A DNA stretch of 64,000 nt from contig NC_042999.1 in assembly GCF_006345805.1 (NCBI RefSeq), positions 17,174,001 to 17,238,000 on the forward strand, in the 5' to 3' direction. Below, one piece after another: positions 27,581-40,562 of this stretch. Under the pieces are notes generated by a model that saw nothing but the letters and a program-made list of their open reading frames with translations, made no database searches and was not told where the DNA came from. This DNA is from Octopus sinensis. Lineage: Eukaryota. Positions within the stretch are counted from its first letter, which is position 1, and every line of letters begins with the position of its first letter. Made by a program: the position numbers and the translations under genes.

Positions 27581-27611
<31 letters not shown>

Positions 27612-27613
27612 TG

Positions 27614-27665
<52 letters not shown>

Positions 27666-27710
27666 TATAGACAGATATATAGATAGATAGATAGATAGAT
27701 TGGTAGATAA
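27105..27710. repeat. (TATC)n - (TA)n - (GATA)n compound microsatellite in inverted arrangement
   Basis: (TATC)n 27105-27374, (TA)n 27406-27535, (TAGG)/(TAGA)n 27536-27710. Confidence 0.95.
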
Positions 27711-28152
27711 GAGCGTATAAATTTCGATATGTTCTTACCCATTGAATTTAGTCATTGTCTGTGAATAATTCTTTGTATGCACAACCTACACTGCACAAAT
27801 AATATATGTATTTGTATGTGGATTCATGTTCAATATAAATGCGAAAGAATATTACTTCCCAAATAAAATGAGAGTTATTATACATCTTAGGAAGGAAATG
27901 CTTATTTGACAATATAACATTTTCTTATTCCACGTTTCTCTTTCTCACCCAGCGAATGCAAATATAGTACAATAGAGACAGAGATATCTGTAAATGTTTA
28001 TTCTCGTAAATATCTCCCACACACTCATGGGGGTATACACATACATATGTGTGTTTGCACTGCGTATTTATCATGTGTATCCGCCTGTAACTACAAGAGT
28101 GTGTTCCTATATCAAGCTGTTCATAGAAAAGTACGTAGTTACACTTTTTACT

Positions 28153-28515
28153 ATTTTACTGTTTTACTTGTTACAGTCATTTGACTTCTGCGGTCATGCT
28201 GGAGCACCACCTTTATAAGACTAGCAAATTGACCCCAGAGAATCTATTTTGCCGAATCGCTAAGTTACGGGGACGTAAACACACCGCATCGGTTGTCAAG
28301 CGATGTTGGAGACACAAACATATACACATACATACATACATGCATATACATAAACATATATACGACTGGCTTCGTCTACCAAATCCACTCATAAAGCTTT
28401 GGTCGGTACGAGACTGTAGTAGAAGATACTTGCCCAAGGCTCCGCGCATTGGGAATGAACCCGGAACCATGTAGTTGTAAAGCATGCTACTTACCACACA
28501 TTCACTCCTGGGCCT
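28153..28515 (-). mobile_element. SINE family A
   Basis: Diverged full-length copy. Confidence 0.8.
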
Positions 28516-28600
28516 ATTTACGAATTATGGAGTTTAGCGTAATAAATATAACAGATTTCCTTTATCTCCATTCGAGTGTATTGATATATACATATTTTGT

Positions 28601-28987
28601 GTGGAGGCGCAATGGCCCAGTGGTTAGGGCAGCAGACTCTCGGTCATAGGATCGCGGTTTCGATTCTCAGACCGGGCGTTGTGAGTGTTTATTGAGTGAA
28701 AACAACTAAAGCTCCACGAGGTTCCGGCAGGGATGGTGGTGATCCCTGCTGTACTCTTTCACCACAACTTTCTCTCACTCTTACTTCCTGTTTCTGTTGT
28801 ACCTGTATTTCAAAGGACCAGCCTTGTCACTCTCTGTGTCACACTGAATATCCCCGAGAACTACGTTAAGGGTACATGTGTCTGTGGAGTGCTCAGCCAC
28901 TTACACGTTAATTTCACGAGCAGGCTGTTCCGTTGATTTGGATCAACTGGAACCCTCGTCGTCGTAACCGACGGAGTGCTTCCATCC
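28601..28987 (+). mobile_element. tRNA-derived SINE family C with TSD
   Basis: Head GTGGAGGCGCAATGGCCCAGTGGTTAGGGC...GGTTTCGATTC; TSD ATACATATTTTG at 28588-28599 and 28988-28999. Confidence 0.9.
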
Positions 28988-29556
28988 ATACATATTTTGC
29001 ATATTTATCTCAAACTGTTATATTTATTTCGTTTACCTGTATAATTACCTCCATATCTGCTCACCTGGATTCCTCTTATAGCCACTCAATACCCTGCGTA
29101 GAGACACGAGAGTCTAAGTTGGAATTATTGGAGCACTACAAAGTGTTTTCTATACTGAGAGTCTATGGATCTTATCTACTGACTATAGTTATTTACGTGT
29201 GTATTCGCGTGTGTGCCCACGTGTGTATGTGTGTGTGTGCGTACGTGTTGGCCTTGTAACGACAAACGAGTTTTTATTTTATGACTCTCTGGAACTTTTC
29301 CCCTTTTCTCTTTCTCACGAAGATGCATCTTCAAAACGTTGCACCGCGCCCTCTTTGCTCCCATTTTAAATCTACTCCGAGCGATAATGTCATTCACTCT
29401 ATACGCACTTTTGATTTTGTTGTTTTTCTTTCCTTCATTTTTAATTTTTCCTCTCTCTCTTCTCTCTCCTCCTATGCATACACACACACACATTCATAAT
29501 ACGTTTCATACATTCATACGTACATACATTCATACATATATATTTGTGCGTGCGTT

Positions 29557-29611
<55 letters not shown>

Positions 29612-29623
<12 letters not shown>

Positions 29624-29830
29624 CTGAAGTTGTCTGTGTATGGCAGATTTGGTAACCTTCAACTAACACTATCTCCTCCACTATCTCCTCCGCGACTCTG
29701 CTGAGCAATTTGACCAAAATTGAGAGTATGCTAGAAGACGGCTTGCTCTTCATTCCGAAGAACATAAAATTCAAATCAGACCATGTTAAGACCAAAAATT
29801 ATTTACATAAAAAGGTGCTTTTTTTCTATA
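29612..29830 (+). mobile_element. Putative non-autonomous Helitron 5' fragment
   Basis: TATATAAAGCTGAAGTTGTCTGTGT...GCAATTTGACCAAAATTG has a Helitron-5'-like layout; no 3' end was found. Confidence 0.35.
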
Positions 29831-29861
29831 TTTATGTATATATATATGTATATATAAATAA

Positions 29862-30138
29862 TATAAATCCAAAAATGGGACAACGACGCAAAGCACCCAG
29901 ACAGTTAGGTGAAACAAGAAAAGGGGAAAAAATATCCAGTCAGACGATACAGGGAAAGCATGGAGGGATCATTCGGAGCTGGTCAGATTGGAGCAATCTC
30001 GAGAGTAACCAGCCAAAATTGCAAAGATAATCTGGAACTCGACTGAGGATACAAAACTACGAATGATCCGTCCTTGTGTTCCGTGTATTGTCTGTCTAGA
30101 TGTTTTGCGTTCTTGTCCCATTTTTGTATTTTATATAT
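29862..30138. mobile_element. Older inverted-repeat element between (TA)n tracts (Penelope-like remnant)
   Basis: AAAAATGGGACAA.GACGCAAA.CA.C.AGAC and CAGACGATAC...GGATCATTCG on the left are imperfect reverse complements of 30060-30130. Confidence 0.5.
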
Positions 30139-30168
30139 ATAAAATATAGCGGCGTACGTACACTTTAG

Positions 30169-30287
<119 letters not shown>

Positions 30288-30690
30288 TATCGTTGCTGCA
30301 ACGGGAAAGTATCGTAAGTCGAAAACGTTGCTTTTTCAGAAGATGAAAAAATAGTTTCACCATTCCTTTACTTTTTACATTAGCAACAATTAAGCTTAAT
30401 AATAATACTTTGTTGGGTGCATAAAATCGTAACTCCATGCATGTAGGATATTTTCAGTCAGAAATATTTCGTCGCAAATCTGTCGTATGTGGGACTAACT
30501 ACACTTTTGAAAAATATTAAACCGTTGTACAACAATTCGTCATATTTTACCTGAAGCAGCTGGAGATACGATAGTTTGTTGAAACGGTTATTGCAAGCAA
30601 AATTAATAATTGAAAATAAAAAAACACTATTTGCCTAATTTGGACATACGACGTTTAAACATAATCGCAACTATATATACATACATACAC

Positions 30691-30783
<93 letters not shown>

Positions 30784-31721
30784 CGAATAAGTCATTAGCA
30801 GCAATGAACATATATGTTTGTTTTGTTGGAAGGAAAAGTATTTTCCAGTGCATCACTAGACATCGCATCCTTGCATTTATTGTGGTCATCTTTGAATTCG
30901 GAAGCGCATTGTACGCGAGAAAGCTTTGAACTCGAATGACAATATTGTTATTAGCACCACCATGTGCTCATGCCGGTGTCAGTTTATAAAGAAATATGTG
31001 AAATGGTTCTGCTGATGAATTCGCTAATGATATGAATTAGTCATGGTTTCTTCTCTGAAATCATTCTGACACCATTGACTAGAATACCGTTTGTGTAACA
31101 ATGTTTCTAACGACGCTACAGAATTTAACAAAATATCTCTTTGAAGTCTAATGTATTTTTGTCTTCAAGTACTGACATTTTATTGAGTGACATTAGTTGT
31201 AATTGATTCGTTTTGAATATTTACGCAGAAATGTATAACGTCTGGTGTATTGTTATACACGCGTGTATACAGTGTCTTGGCAAGGTGATGTTCATATTAT
31301 CTGACATTTGATTTGTCACAGAATAAAGTTCGTGTTTACATCACGTTTACTTGTGTAGCGAAATCTACACTCGCTATTCACTGAGGCTATCTAGGGGTCA
31401 TTGCTTAGCTCTATATCATAATTTATCGAGAACGATATTCCAGCAGTGATTACCATCCTATATTTATAATTCAGTTTTTGTGCATGATTTCATTATCTAA
31501 CATGTATAAAATAATCCTCTCACATGACTGAAATTTGGTGGGAGAGGTACAGTCGATGGAGCGAGGGGTGGGTACAGTCGTTTAATAGGATGGGTGGAGT
31601 CGTACCCCGAATGAATGGATGGGAATTTTAAGTCAGTGGTATCTGAACACAGACGTAGCAGACAAAACAAACTCAGTGTTTCGTCCGGTGTGCAAACAAT
31701 TCTTATCTTTTCATTGTCCAC

Positions 31722-32117
31722 AATAGGCTTTATATAGAGGGGACAAACAAGGACAGACAAAGGTATTAAGTCGATTACATCGATCCCAGTGCGTAACTGG
31801 TACTTAATTTATGGACCCCGAAAGGATGAAAGGCAAAGTCGACCTCGGCGGATTTGAACTCAGAACGGAGCGGCAGACGAAATACCTATTTCTTTACTAC
31901 CCACAAAGGGCTAAACACAGAGAGGACAAACAAGGACAGACAGACGGATTAAGCCGATTATATCGACTCCAGTGCGTAACTGGTACTTATTTAATCGACC
32001 CCGAAAGGATGAAAGGCAAAGTCAACCTCGGCGGAATTTGAACTCAGAAGGTAACGGCAGACAAAATATCGCTAAGCATTTCGCCCGGCAACCTAACGAT
32101 TCTGCCAGCTCGCCACT
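31722..32117 (-). mobile_element. SINE family B dimer
   Basis: One head, two body units. Confidence 0.82.
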
Positions 32118-32905
32118 TTAAATATGCCTAAGAAAATACGATGTCATGTGATGGCGGTGAAACTGATACCTTTAGTAACCCTACCGAGTATATACTGGCC
32201 CCTTCTTCCCCTTCTCTCTGTATCATAATCCTTCTCATCATTATCGTCAGCATTAACAGCGACCCCATGGACAATGCTGTCTCTAGTCCCAGTACTCATT
32301 GGGTTGGTTACCCTTTTTCCATGGCGTATAAGTAACCGAGATCACAACAGTTTCTCCAAACCTGGAAGCCAATACGTCTCAAGAGCAGATCAATCATCGA
32401 CAGCTACGTGGACTGGAGCTAAGTGAAATTATATGTATTTTCTCAAAAACACAAATCCCAGCTCGGTGTCGGTGGAATTGAAACCACGATCTTGTAATCG
32501 CCATTGCAACACCCAAACCATTTGACCCACGTGACGTCATCCGCCTTTATTTCTATGCTACGTTGGATATCGTGGTCAAAATATGTCAGTGTGATCGGAT
32601 AAATATGCATATGATGTTTGCATGAGAAAGCATTATTCCGTGAAATGATTAAAACTATTCATCTCCATACAACATGAATTGTTTCCTCTTCTGTAACCGA
32701 TGTAAGATACCTACTATTCAGTGGTAAGCTCAATATTTACATTGAATTTCTTAAGTGACACTTGTATGGTACTATCTTGAATTTTCCATTGTAGCAGTCT
32801 TAGAATTCAACCTGGAATGATATTGTCCTCTTTCCTTTAAGCTTGCAATGCAAAAGTGGTTGAAGGAAAATCTTTCTAAGATATATATATATATATATAT
32901 ATATA

Positions 32906-33496
32906 TGTAACGAACTTAGTGTGATGTGAATATCTTGTCTTGTACTTTCGGGGTACAAGAAAGCAATCACTCACTATCCGTTGCTTTAATAATCCAGAAT
33001 TCTACCAGTCAGAAACAACAAGACGCAGACGTAAAATATATATATACTACTTTATTCTCTTTCTTGGTAACAATAACAATAAGTGTGTTATCTGATGTCC
33101 TTGGTTCGGGGCGCGCAAGGCTGAAAGTTAATCGATTGTAATATTTACAATATTCAGCCGCAAAAACAGAACGGGTTCAAGATGGCGTCGAACAATGGAG
33201 ACGATGTTGGTCTGCAACAATTTGGTTAAAGGCCTTTTGGTAAGGACTGCTAGAAGCTAGTTCGAACGGAGAGAAAATATGCGTGACCGTCGCGTTCAAT
33301 CGCTGCCGTCCCAAGTCCCCGCTGCTGCTGCCATCGGTCAAATGTTCTACGACCCCCTGCCTTCGCCAGGGTCGTGCTTCCGGTGGTTCGCGCATGCGCG
33401 AGAGGGCCCTTCCTTTCTCTGCCTTGGTAAAGGCACCAACACGCGCGAAATACAAATGGACGGTGCGCAAGCGCGCCGCTATATAGCGTCACTACA
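32906..33496 (-). repeat. 3' LTR of the LTR element
   Basis: TGTAACG...CACTACA; adjacent to the polypurine tract. Confidence 0.92.
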
Positions 33497-33499
33497 CGG

Positions 33500-33508
33500 C
33501 TCCCCTCC
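33500..33508 (-). promoter_or_regulatory. Polypurine tract
   Basis: Minus strand GGAGGGGAG, 3 nt before the 3' LTR. Confidence 0.75.
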
Positions 33509-35029
33509 AGTGGGTAGCACGACACAAAATCCTTTGTAGTGACTTTAAAACTCAAGGTGGACACCAGATAACCAAATAGCACACAATAATATAATGGCAA
33601 AGTTTATAACATACACAAGAAATTTACTAAAGGAAAAAGAGAAAAAATACTCAATGAGCAAAAATCAAGAGTGCATGCATGAAAGTGTATACGTCACAAA
33701 GTATAGAACCTTCCGCTGAAGGGAGCGGAAGAAAAGGCAGAACTCACAGTTATTGAACCTAGGCGAAATTAAAATCCAACTTCTCCAAAGGTGGTTGATC
33801 CTGCAAAATAGCAGTTAAATCAATTGCTGCAGGAGAGGAAATGGAATTGGCAGAAGCTCGCTAGTAACACAAAAGGCAAAAGTGCAAACATGCTGGTGTG
33901 ATGCGCGACACAGATAATTTTCTGTTATTTACGTGACCAACAGTGGTCTAACAGGGAAAATAATTACGCCTAACCATGGCGCAGCGCATGTGAACATCCG
34001 AGGTCCTATGAGTCGGGAAAAGAATTAAGCTAGCGCAAATGTGTTGCAAAAAACAAGGCAATACACGTGCGAAGCAAGGCGCATGAAATGCAAGAGTGCT
34101 TGCCAGACCGAAAAAACAGCAAGAATATGCCAGTGGTTGAGCGATTATATGCCTCGTTCGTACAGGAACAAAGGTATGACATGCTGGCGCGTCATAATGG
34201 ACAAACAACCCTCTCTATGTATACCTGACCGCTAGGGTCTATAGAAATGAGGGGTGTCCACAAAAGGCAAATTTAGCATGGAACAAAACAAGCGAGAAAA
34301 GCATGTGTGACGTATGTATGTGAGAGAGAGCATTTATGTGTGTGTACGTGTGTGCGACAGAAATACATACAAGGTGAATGCGAGCAAAATACAAAAAATA
34401 CAGCGCATAGAAAAAAAAAATGTCTCTCAAGGCTATTTCAGACAATGGAGTTAGTTTACCAGTCTATAATAGCCTGAAGCACAATAGCAGTTCGTTCTGT
34501 AACAGAAATGTTGAAATCACAAAATGCAGATGCCGGTTGAACACATATCGTGTAACGGTTGTGGCTTCGATGCTGTGACAGGTTAACTGGAACAGAAGAA
34601 TCTCGTAGATAGACGGTGCTGTTTATCCTTGGTGTGCATATGCACAAAACAGCGTGCACGCTAAAGTTCCGCGAGTTGCTATGTACATCTTGTGGAGATC
34701 GACGGTGTTGAAAGGCGACGGTGGTGGTGGAAGGCGACTGTAGTGGACTTGAGACAACATCGTTCTTAGTGATGATGGCGATGAAGATAACGACGACGTG
34801 AAGTAGAAAGACGACGATAGCGATGACGAAGGTGGAGAAAAGGCATCGAATATATGATGGCGTCCGTCATCATGGCTGTAGAATTAGAAAGAGGCTCCTT
34901 CTACAACTGTTTGTGGTGGCCGGAAACAAATCGTCGAAAGATGAATGCGTAGAGTTAAATCGTGTTCCGACTTCGCAGAAAAACTGGATTTTTTTTTTGT
35001 TGATAAGTGATCTCTGGTTTTAGACCAGA

Positions 35030-35047
35030 ATCACGTCGGGGTCACCA
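35030..35047 (-). promoter_or_regulatory. Primer-binding site complementary to tRNA-Trp 3' end
   Basis: Minus strand reads TGGTGACCCCGACGTGAT, 1 nt after the LTR; this is the 18-mer known as the tRNA-Trp PBS of avian sarcoma/leukosis viruses. Confidence 0.9.
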
Positions 35048-35048
35048 G

Positions 35049-35639
35049 TGTAACGAATTTAGTGTGATGTGAATATCTTGTCTTGTACTTTCGGGGTACA
35101 AGAAAGCAATCACTCACTAGCCGTTGCTTTAATAATCCAGAATTCTACCAGTCAGAAACAACAAGACGCAGACGTAAAATATATATATACTACTTTATTC
35201 TCTTTCTTGGTAACAATAACAATAAGTGTGTTATCTGATGTCCTTGGTTCGTGGCGCGCAAGGCTGAAAGTTAATCGATTGTAATATTTACAATATTCAG
35301 CCGCAAAAACAGAACGGGTTCAAGATGGCGTCGAACAATGGAGACGATGTTGGTCTGCAACAATTTGGTTAAAGGCCTTTTGGTAAGGACTGCTAGAAGC
35401 TAGTTCGAACGGAGAGAAAATATGCGTGACCGTCGCGTTCAATCGCTGCCGTCCCAAGTCCCCGCTGCTGCTGCCATCGGTCAAACGTTCTACGACCCCC
35501 TGCCTTGGCCAGGGTCGTGCTTCCGGTGGTTCGCGCATGCGCGAGAGGGCCCTTCCTTTCTCTGCCTTGGTAAAGGCACCAACACGCGCGAAATACAAAT
35601 GGACGGTGCGCGAGCGCGCCGCTATATAGCGTCACTACA
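35049..35639 (-). repeat. 5' LTR of the LTR element
   Basis: TGTAACG...CACTACA; adjacent to the PBS. Confidence 0.92.
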
Positions 35640-35788
35640 TATATATAGGAGAGGAAAAATTATAATAAGGCAGAATGCTAAATTTAATAAAAATGGGTGT
35701 ATGAAAGATTAAAAAAGAAAATATAATAAATCAAACCAGTGTTCATTGCAAGGCAAATTTTCACAACGCCACTATTTACTGACTTTTA

Positions 35789-35835
<47 letters not shown>

Positions 35836-35959
35836 ATATATATATATATACTTATACTTACATATATATATATGTATATAAAGATATATATATATTCTTA
35901 TACATATATATATATACTTATACATATATGTATGTATATATATACACACACACATATAT

Positions 35960-36000
<41 letters not shown>

Positions 36001-36364
36001 CTAATTATCAGCATTTTTGCGTATAAGCTACTACATGTCAAATCAATTATGATTTTATTAATGTCTTGGTTACACGTATTATATGCTACGTGATCTTCCA
36101 TTAACGAAACGTTAATTAACTTTAATACGCAAAAATTTAAAACATGGTTTCCTAGTTATTTCTGTTCTACAGCAAAACCTCCCAATTTTGTTATTTGTAA
36201 GAATTTGCTGTATAAAGATTATATCGACTTCGGTTTTGTTATATTCATCATATTGCCTATTATGTGCCATGACGTGACAGAAATTTTTAATATAATAAGT
36301 ATGTCACAATTTATTAATGAAGTTGTTGCCTTCATCTAGACATATTTCCAATAATACATGATTA

Positions 36365-36650
36365 TCTATTTTATAGAATCCGTTCTGTCTGTGTGTGTGT
36401 GTGTGTTTTCTAGGGTCTCGGGCATCCTCCATCCGATTGTGCTCATATTTGATATGTAGATATCGACGGTATCAGGGCGTTTATAAGTCTTGGAGAAATT
36501 ACAAAAATCGATTCCAAGTGAGAATGCGATCGATAAAGCCGTGGGAACGTGCATTTATACGCGCAAGTACATCAGCTGGTGCGATCGATACTACGCGTAC
36601 GTGATAAAAATGCACGTGCAGTTTGCACAAAAAAGCCGGCTGGCTTGAAA
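36365..36650 (+). mobile_element. Putative non-autonomous Helitron 5' part
   Basis: A|TCTATTTTATAGAATCCGTTCTGTCTG(TG)n...TCCATCCGATTGTGCTCATATTTG parallels the 5' end of the full Helitron (TC..TATA..GTCTGTG..TCAACCGATT..AAACTTG). Confidence 0.45.
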
Positions 36651-37105
36651 TAGTGCCACAAATTGCAGTATATTTAAGAGACCAAAAACGTAAGATGAAA
36701 AAGAGATATTTTCTTCAAAATTGGCATGAAGGAAAAAAGAAACTATTTGGTTTCAGAAGAATTTTTTTTGCCTTAACTTCGTTTAACAAAACCAAAGTTT
36801 TTTATTGAAATGAAGGCATGCTTACTTATTTTTTAATGAAAAGAAAACACTGATTGCTTTTTATTCAACAGATATGATTCAGCACCGTCCATTGGACGGA
36901 GGTCGTTTTGCTTGTCATTAATAATAACCTAGCTACATTATAAAATCCTGGAAAAAACGCTTTACATTAGAGATTCGATCCCCTGTATCATAACATTGGT
37001 TTCTACCACGAAAGGTCAATGACAGAAATTTCTGTAATAAATATTTTTTTATACGGCATGTTCACAGTGCAGGTATAAAACAATCTTCGTAATTTAAGCG
37101 CTGAC

Positions 37106-37340
37106 AAGGCGGCGAGCTGGCAGAAACGTTAGCACGCCGGGCGAAATGCGTAGCCGTATTTCGTCTGCCGTTACGTTCTGAGTTCAAATTCCGCCGAGGT
37201 CGACTTTGCCTTTCATCCTTTCGGAGTCGATCAATTAAGTACCAGTTACGCCCTTAGGTCGATATAATCGACTTAATCTGTTTGTCTGTCGTTGTTTGTC
37301 CTCTTTGTGTTTAGCCCCTTGTGGATAGTAAATAATAGGT
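37106..37340 (+). mobile_element. SINE family B monomer
   Basis: AAGGCGGCGAGCTGGCAGAAACGTTAGC...GCCCCTTGTGGATAGTAAA. Confidence 0.85.
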
Positions 37341-37669
37341 AATTTAAGCTTTGAATTTTTGCCATATGTATTTCACTTAAATTTTATTGCCTCCAACATC
37401 TTGAAATGTGCTCATAACTCTTATTTCCTTTTCATATATTACTCAAATTCCATTGTTTAGTAATTATATAGACTAGGACCAGCTATGTACGACATGAATA
37501 CACAAATATCTGAAAAATGTGTCCCTTTGAGACAAAGATATATTTGACGTTATTAGGTAGTTATTCAACAATCCAATCCAATCACAAGTTGAGTCAAGTC
37601 TTAAAGTAACAGTCACTGACACCTTGACATTCAGCTTGTTTGGCTCACTCTAGTACACTGTGGGATACT

Positions 37670-38266
37670 ACTCTTTACTCATTACTCTTTACTCTTTTTC
37701 TTGTTTCAGTCATTTGAAAGTGGCCATTGTGGAGCACCTCCTTTAGTCGAGCACATTGACCCCAGGACTTATTCTTTGTAAGCTTAATACTTATTCTATC
37801 GGTCTCTTTGCCGAACCGCTAGGTTACGAGGACGTGAACACACCACCATCGGTTGTCAAGTGATGTTGGGGGGGGGGACAAACACAGACACAAAAACATA
37901 CACACACACAGACACACACACACATACACCCATATATGCATGTATATATATATATATTTATATATATATATATATAAAACTATCAAATTATTACCTTTGT
38001 ATGGTATTTATTCCCATGATGGCCACTTGATAAGATCGATATTTAAATGTCGATATTATTCTTATTTATAAATTTATATATATATATATATATACATATA
38101 TACGACGGGATTCTTTCAGTTTCCGCCTACCAAATCCACTCACAAGACTTTGGTCGGCCCGAGACTATAGTACAAGACACTTGCCAAAGGTGCCACGCAG
38201 TGGGACTGAACCCGGAACCATGTAATTTGTAAGCAAGCGACTTAACACACAACCACTCCTACACCT
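37670..38266 (-). mobile_element. SINE family A with ~100-bp insert in its internal microsatellite
   Basis: Tail 37670-37890, head 38100-38266. Confidence 0.8.
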
Positions 38267-38492
38267 ACTACCTTTACAGTCATTAGATTTTTCAATTAGT
38301 TTGCATGATTTCAATGACAAATTCATTCAGAAAGGAAAAAAGCCGGAGTGAGAGCGGATATTGTTAACAGCAGGGAATAATATTAGAAAGCAGCATAACG
38401 TAATATCAATCACGAGAAACCAAGGGTTTTGTTATGTGTCTAGACGGATTACTTACTTTGCTTGTATTATATTTTCATTTCTAAAACCTTTG

Positions 38493-38900
38493 AGGTGCAG
38501 GAGTGGTTGTGTGGTAATTAGCTTGCTTACCAACTGCATGGTTCCGGGTTCAGTCCCATTGCGTGGCACCTTGGGCAAGTGTCTTCTACTATAGCCTCGG
38601 GCGGACCAGAGGCTTCTGAGTGGATTAGGTAGACGGAAACTGAAAGAAGCCCGTCGTATATATGTATATATGTGTGTGTGTGTGTTTGTGCATATGTTTG
38701 TGTGTCTGTGTTTGTTCCCCCCAACATCGCTTGACAACCGATGCTGGTGTGTTTATATCCCTGTAACTTAGCGTTTCGGCAAAAGAAACCGATAGAATAA
38801 GTACTAGGCTTACAAAGAATAAGTCTTGGGTGTCGATTTACTCGACTGAAGGCGGTGCTCCAGCATTTCCACTGTTAAATGACTGAAAGAAGTAAATGAG
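38493..38900 (+). mobile_element. SINE family A
   Basis: Full-length copy. Confidence 0.85.
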
Positions 38901-39475
38901 AATTTAATATTAATCGCACCGAATACCATATCTTTGTATTTTATTCTTTATATTTATGATTCTATTGTGTCATCAAGTCCTAGGTGTTCTGCAGTCAGCT
39001 TTGTCGGTAGAGCATCAGACTTTTATGTACTGTCTAGTCTCAGGTGTTCTGGACGCATCCAATTTATTGTTTGCTCTTTCATTGTTGAGGCTTCAGTTCA
39101 GTCGTCTCCTGATATATTTCACTCTATCATGAAGACACAAATCCACCCCTTCTCCACAAAACAGAACTCTTAATATAATAAATGTAATCAGTTTATTAAT
39201 GAGGTTATAACTTTCACCTGTGCGCATCTATCGTAACGATAACTATTATTGGTTTCAAATTTTGTTACAAGGCCAGCAAGTTTGAAGGCAGGGGCCAGGT
39301 CGATTACATCGATTCTAGTGATCATCTGATTCTTATTTTAGCGACCCCAAAAGAATGAAAGGCAAAGTCGACTCCTGCGTCATTTGAACTCAGAGCGTAA
39401 ATGCGAAAGAAATGACACTGAGAATTTTTTGGCGGCTCAGTAAAGATCCTACCAGCTCGCAGACTTAGTGACTAT

Positions 39476-39865
39476 TAGGAATGCGTGAGTGGTAGGTAGC
39501 TTGCTTCCCAACCATATGGTTCCGGGTTCAGTCCCACTGCATGGCACCTTGTGCATGTGTTCTACTATAGCCTCGGGCTGACCAAAGCCTTGTGAGTGGA
39601 TTTGGTAGACGGAAACTGAAAGAAGCCCGTCGTATATGTATATATATGTGTATTTATGTGCCTCTGCTCCCCCCCCCCCAACATCGCTTGACAACCGCTG
39701 CTGGTGTATTTACCAGCAGTTAGCGGTAACTTAGCGGTTCGGCAAAAAAACGATCGAATAAGTACTAGGCTTACAAAGAACAAGTCCTCGTGTCGATTTG
39801 TTCGACTAAAGGCGGCGCTCCAGCATGGCCACAGTCAAATGACTGAAACAATGAAAAGAATAAAA
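39476..39865 (+). mobile_element. SINE family A
   Basis: Full-length copy. Confidence 0.85.
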
Positions 39866-39961
39866 TAAAAAAAAGCGGAAAAACACACCTCACAAAAAAC
39901 AAAAACAAATAAAAAGCCCCCGCAAACGAATGTCTATCTGTCTGTCAATATTAATCGGTAT

Positions 39962-40562
39962 GAGGCGGTGAGCTGGCAGAAACGTTAGCACTCCGGGCGA
40001 AATGCGTAGCCGTATTTCGTCTGTCGCTACGTTCCGAGTTCAAATTCCGCCGAGGTCGACTTTGCCTTTCTTCCTTTCGGGGTCGATAAATTAAGCACCA
40101 GTTACGCACTGGGGTCGATGTAATCGATTTAATCCCTTTGTCTGTCCTTGTTTGTCCCCTCTATGTTTAGCCCCTTGTGGGTAATAAAGAATTAGGTATT
40201 TCGTCTGTCGTTACGTTCTGAGTTCAAATTCCGCCGAGGTCGATTTTGCCTTACATACTTTCGGGGTCGATAAATAAAGTACCAGTTACGCACTGGGGTC
40301 GATGTAATCGATTTAATCCCTTTGTCTGTCCTTGTTTGTCCCCTCTATGTTTAGCCCCTTGTGGGTAATAAAGAATTAGGTATTTCGTCTGTCGTTATGT
40401 TCTGAGTTTAAATTCCGCCGAGGTCGACTTTGCCTTACATACTTTCGGGGTCGATAAATAAAGTACCAGTTACGCACTGGGGTCGATGTAATCGATTTAA
40501 TCCCTTTGTCTGTCCTTGTTTGTCCCCTCTATGTTTAGCCCCTTGTGGGTAGTAAAGAAATA
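39962..40562 (+). mobile_element. SINE family B trimer
   Basis: One head followed by three ~184-bp body units joined at AAAGAATTAGGTATTTCGTCTG. Confidence 0.88.

Larger units (their letters stand above)
32906..35639 (-). mobile_element. Non-autonomous LTR retrotransposon (two 591-bp LTRs, ~1.55-kb non-coding interior)
   Basis: Direct repeats 32906-33496 and 35049-35639 with TGTA...TACA ends and about 6 differences by eye. PBS and PPT lie on the minus strand, TATA flanks both sides, and no gag/pol ORF is present. Confidence 0.93.

Noticed and set aside
28601-28680. tRNA gene calls for SINE heads (also 24431, 50006, 60384)
   Set aside because: They are attached to SINE bodies with TSDs and lack a proper acceptor stem.
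30035-30075. CTGAGGA...CGAATGATCCGTC hammerhead-like string
   Set aside because: It has GAAT instead of GAAA and no stem I or stem II pairing.
32926-35712. Duplicated short ORFs in the LTR element
   Set aside because: They lie within the LTRs and are duplicated only because the LTRs are; no gag/pol/env similarity was seen.
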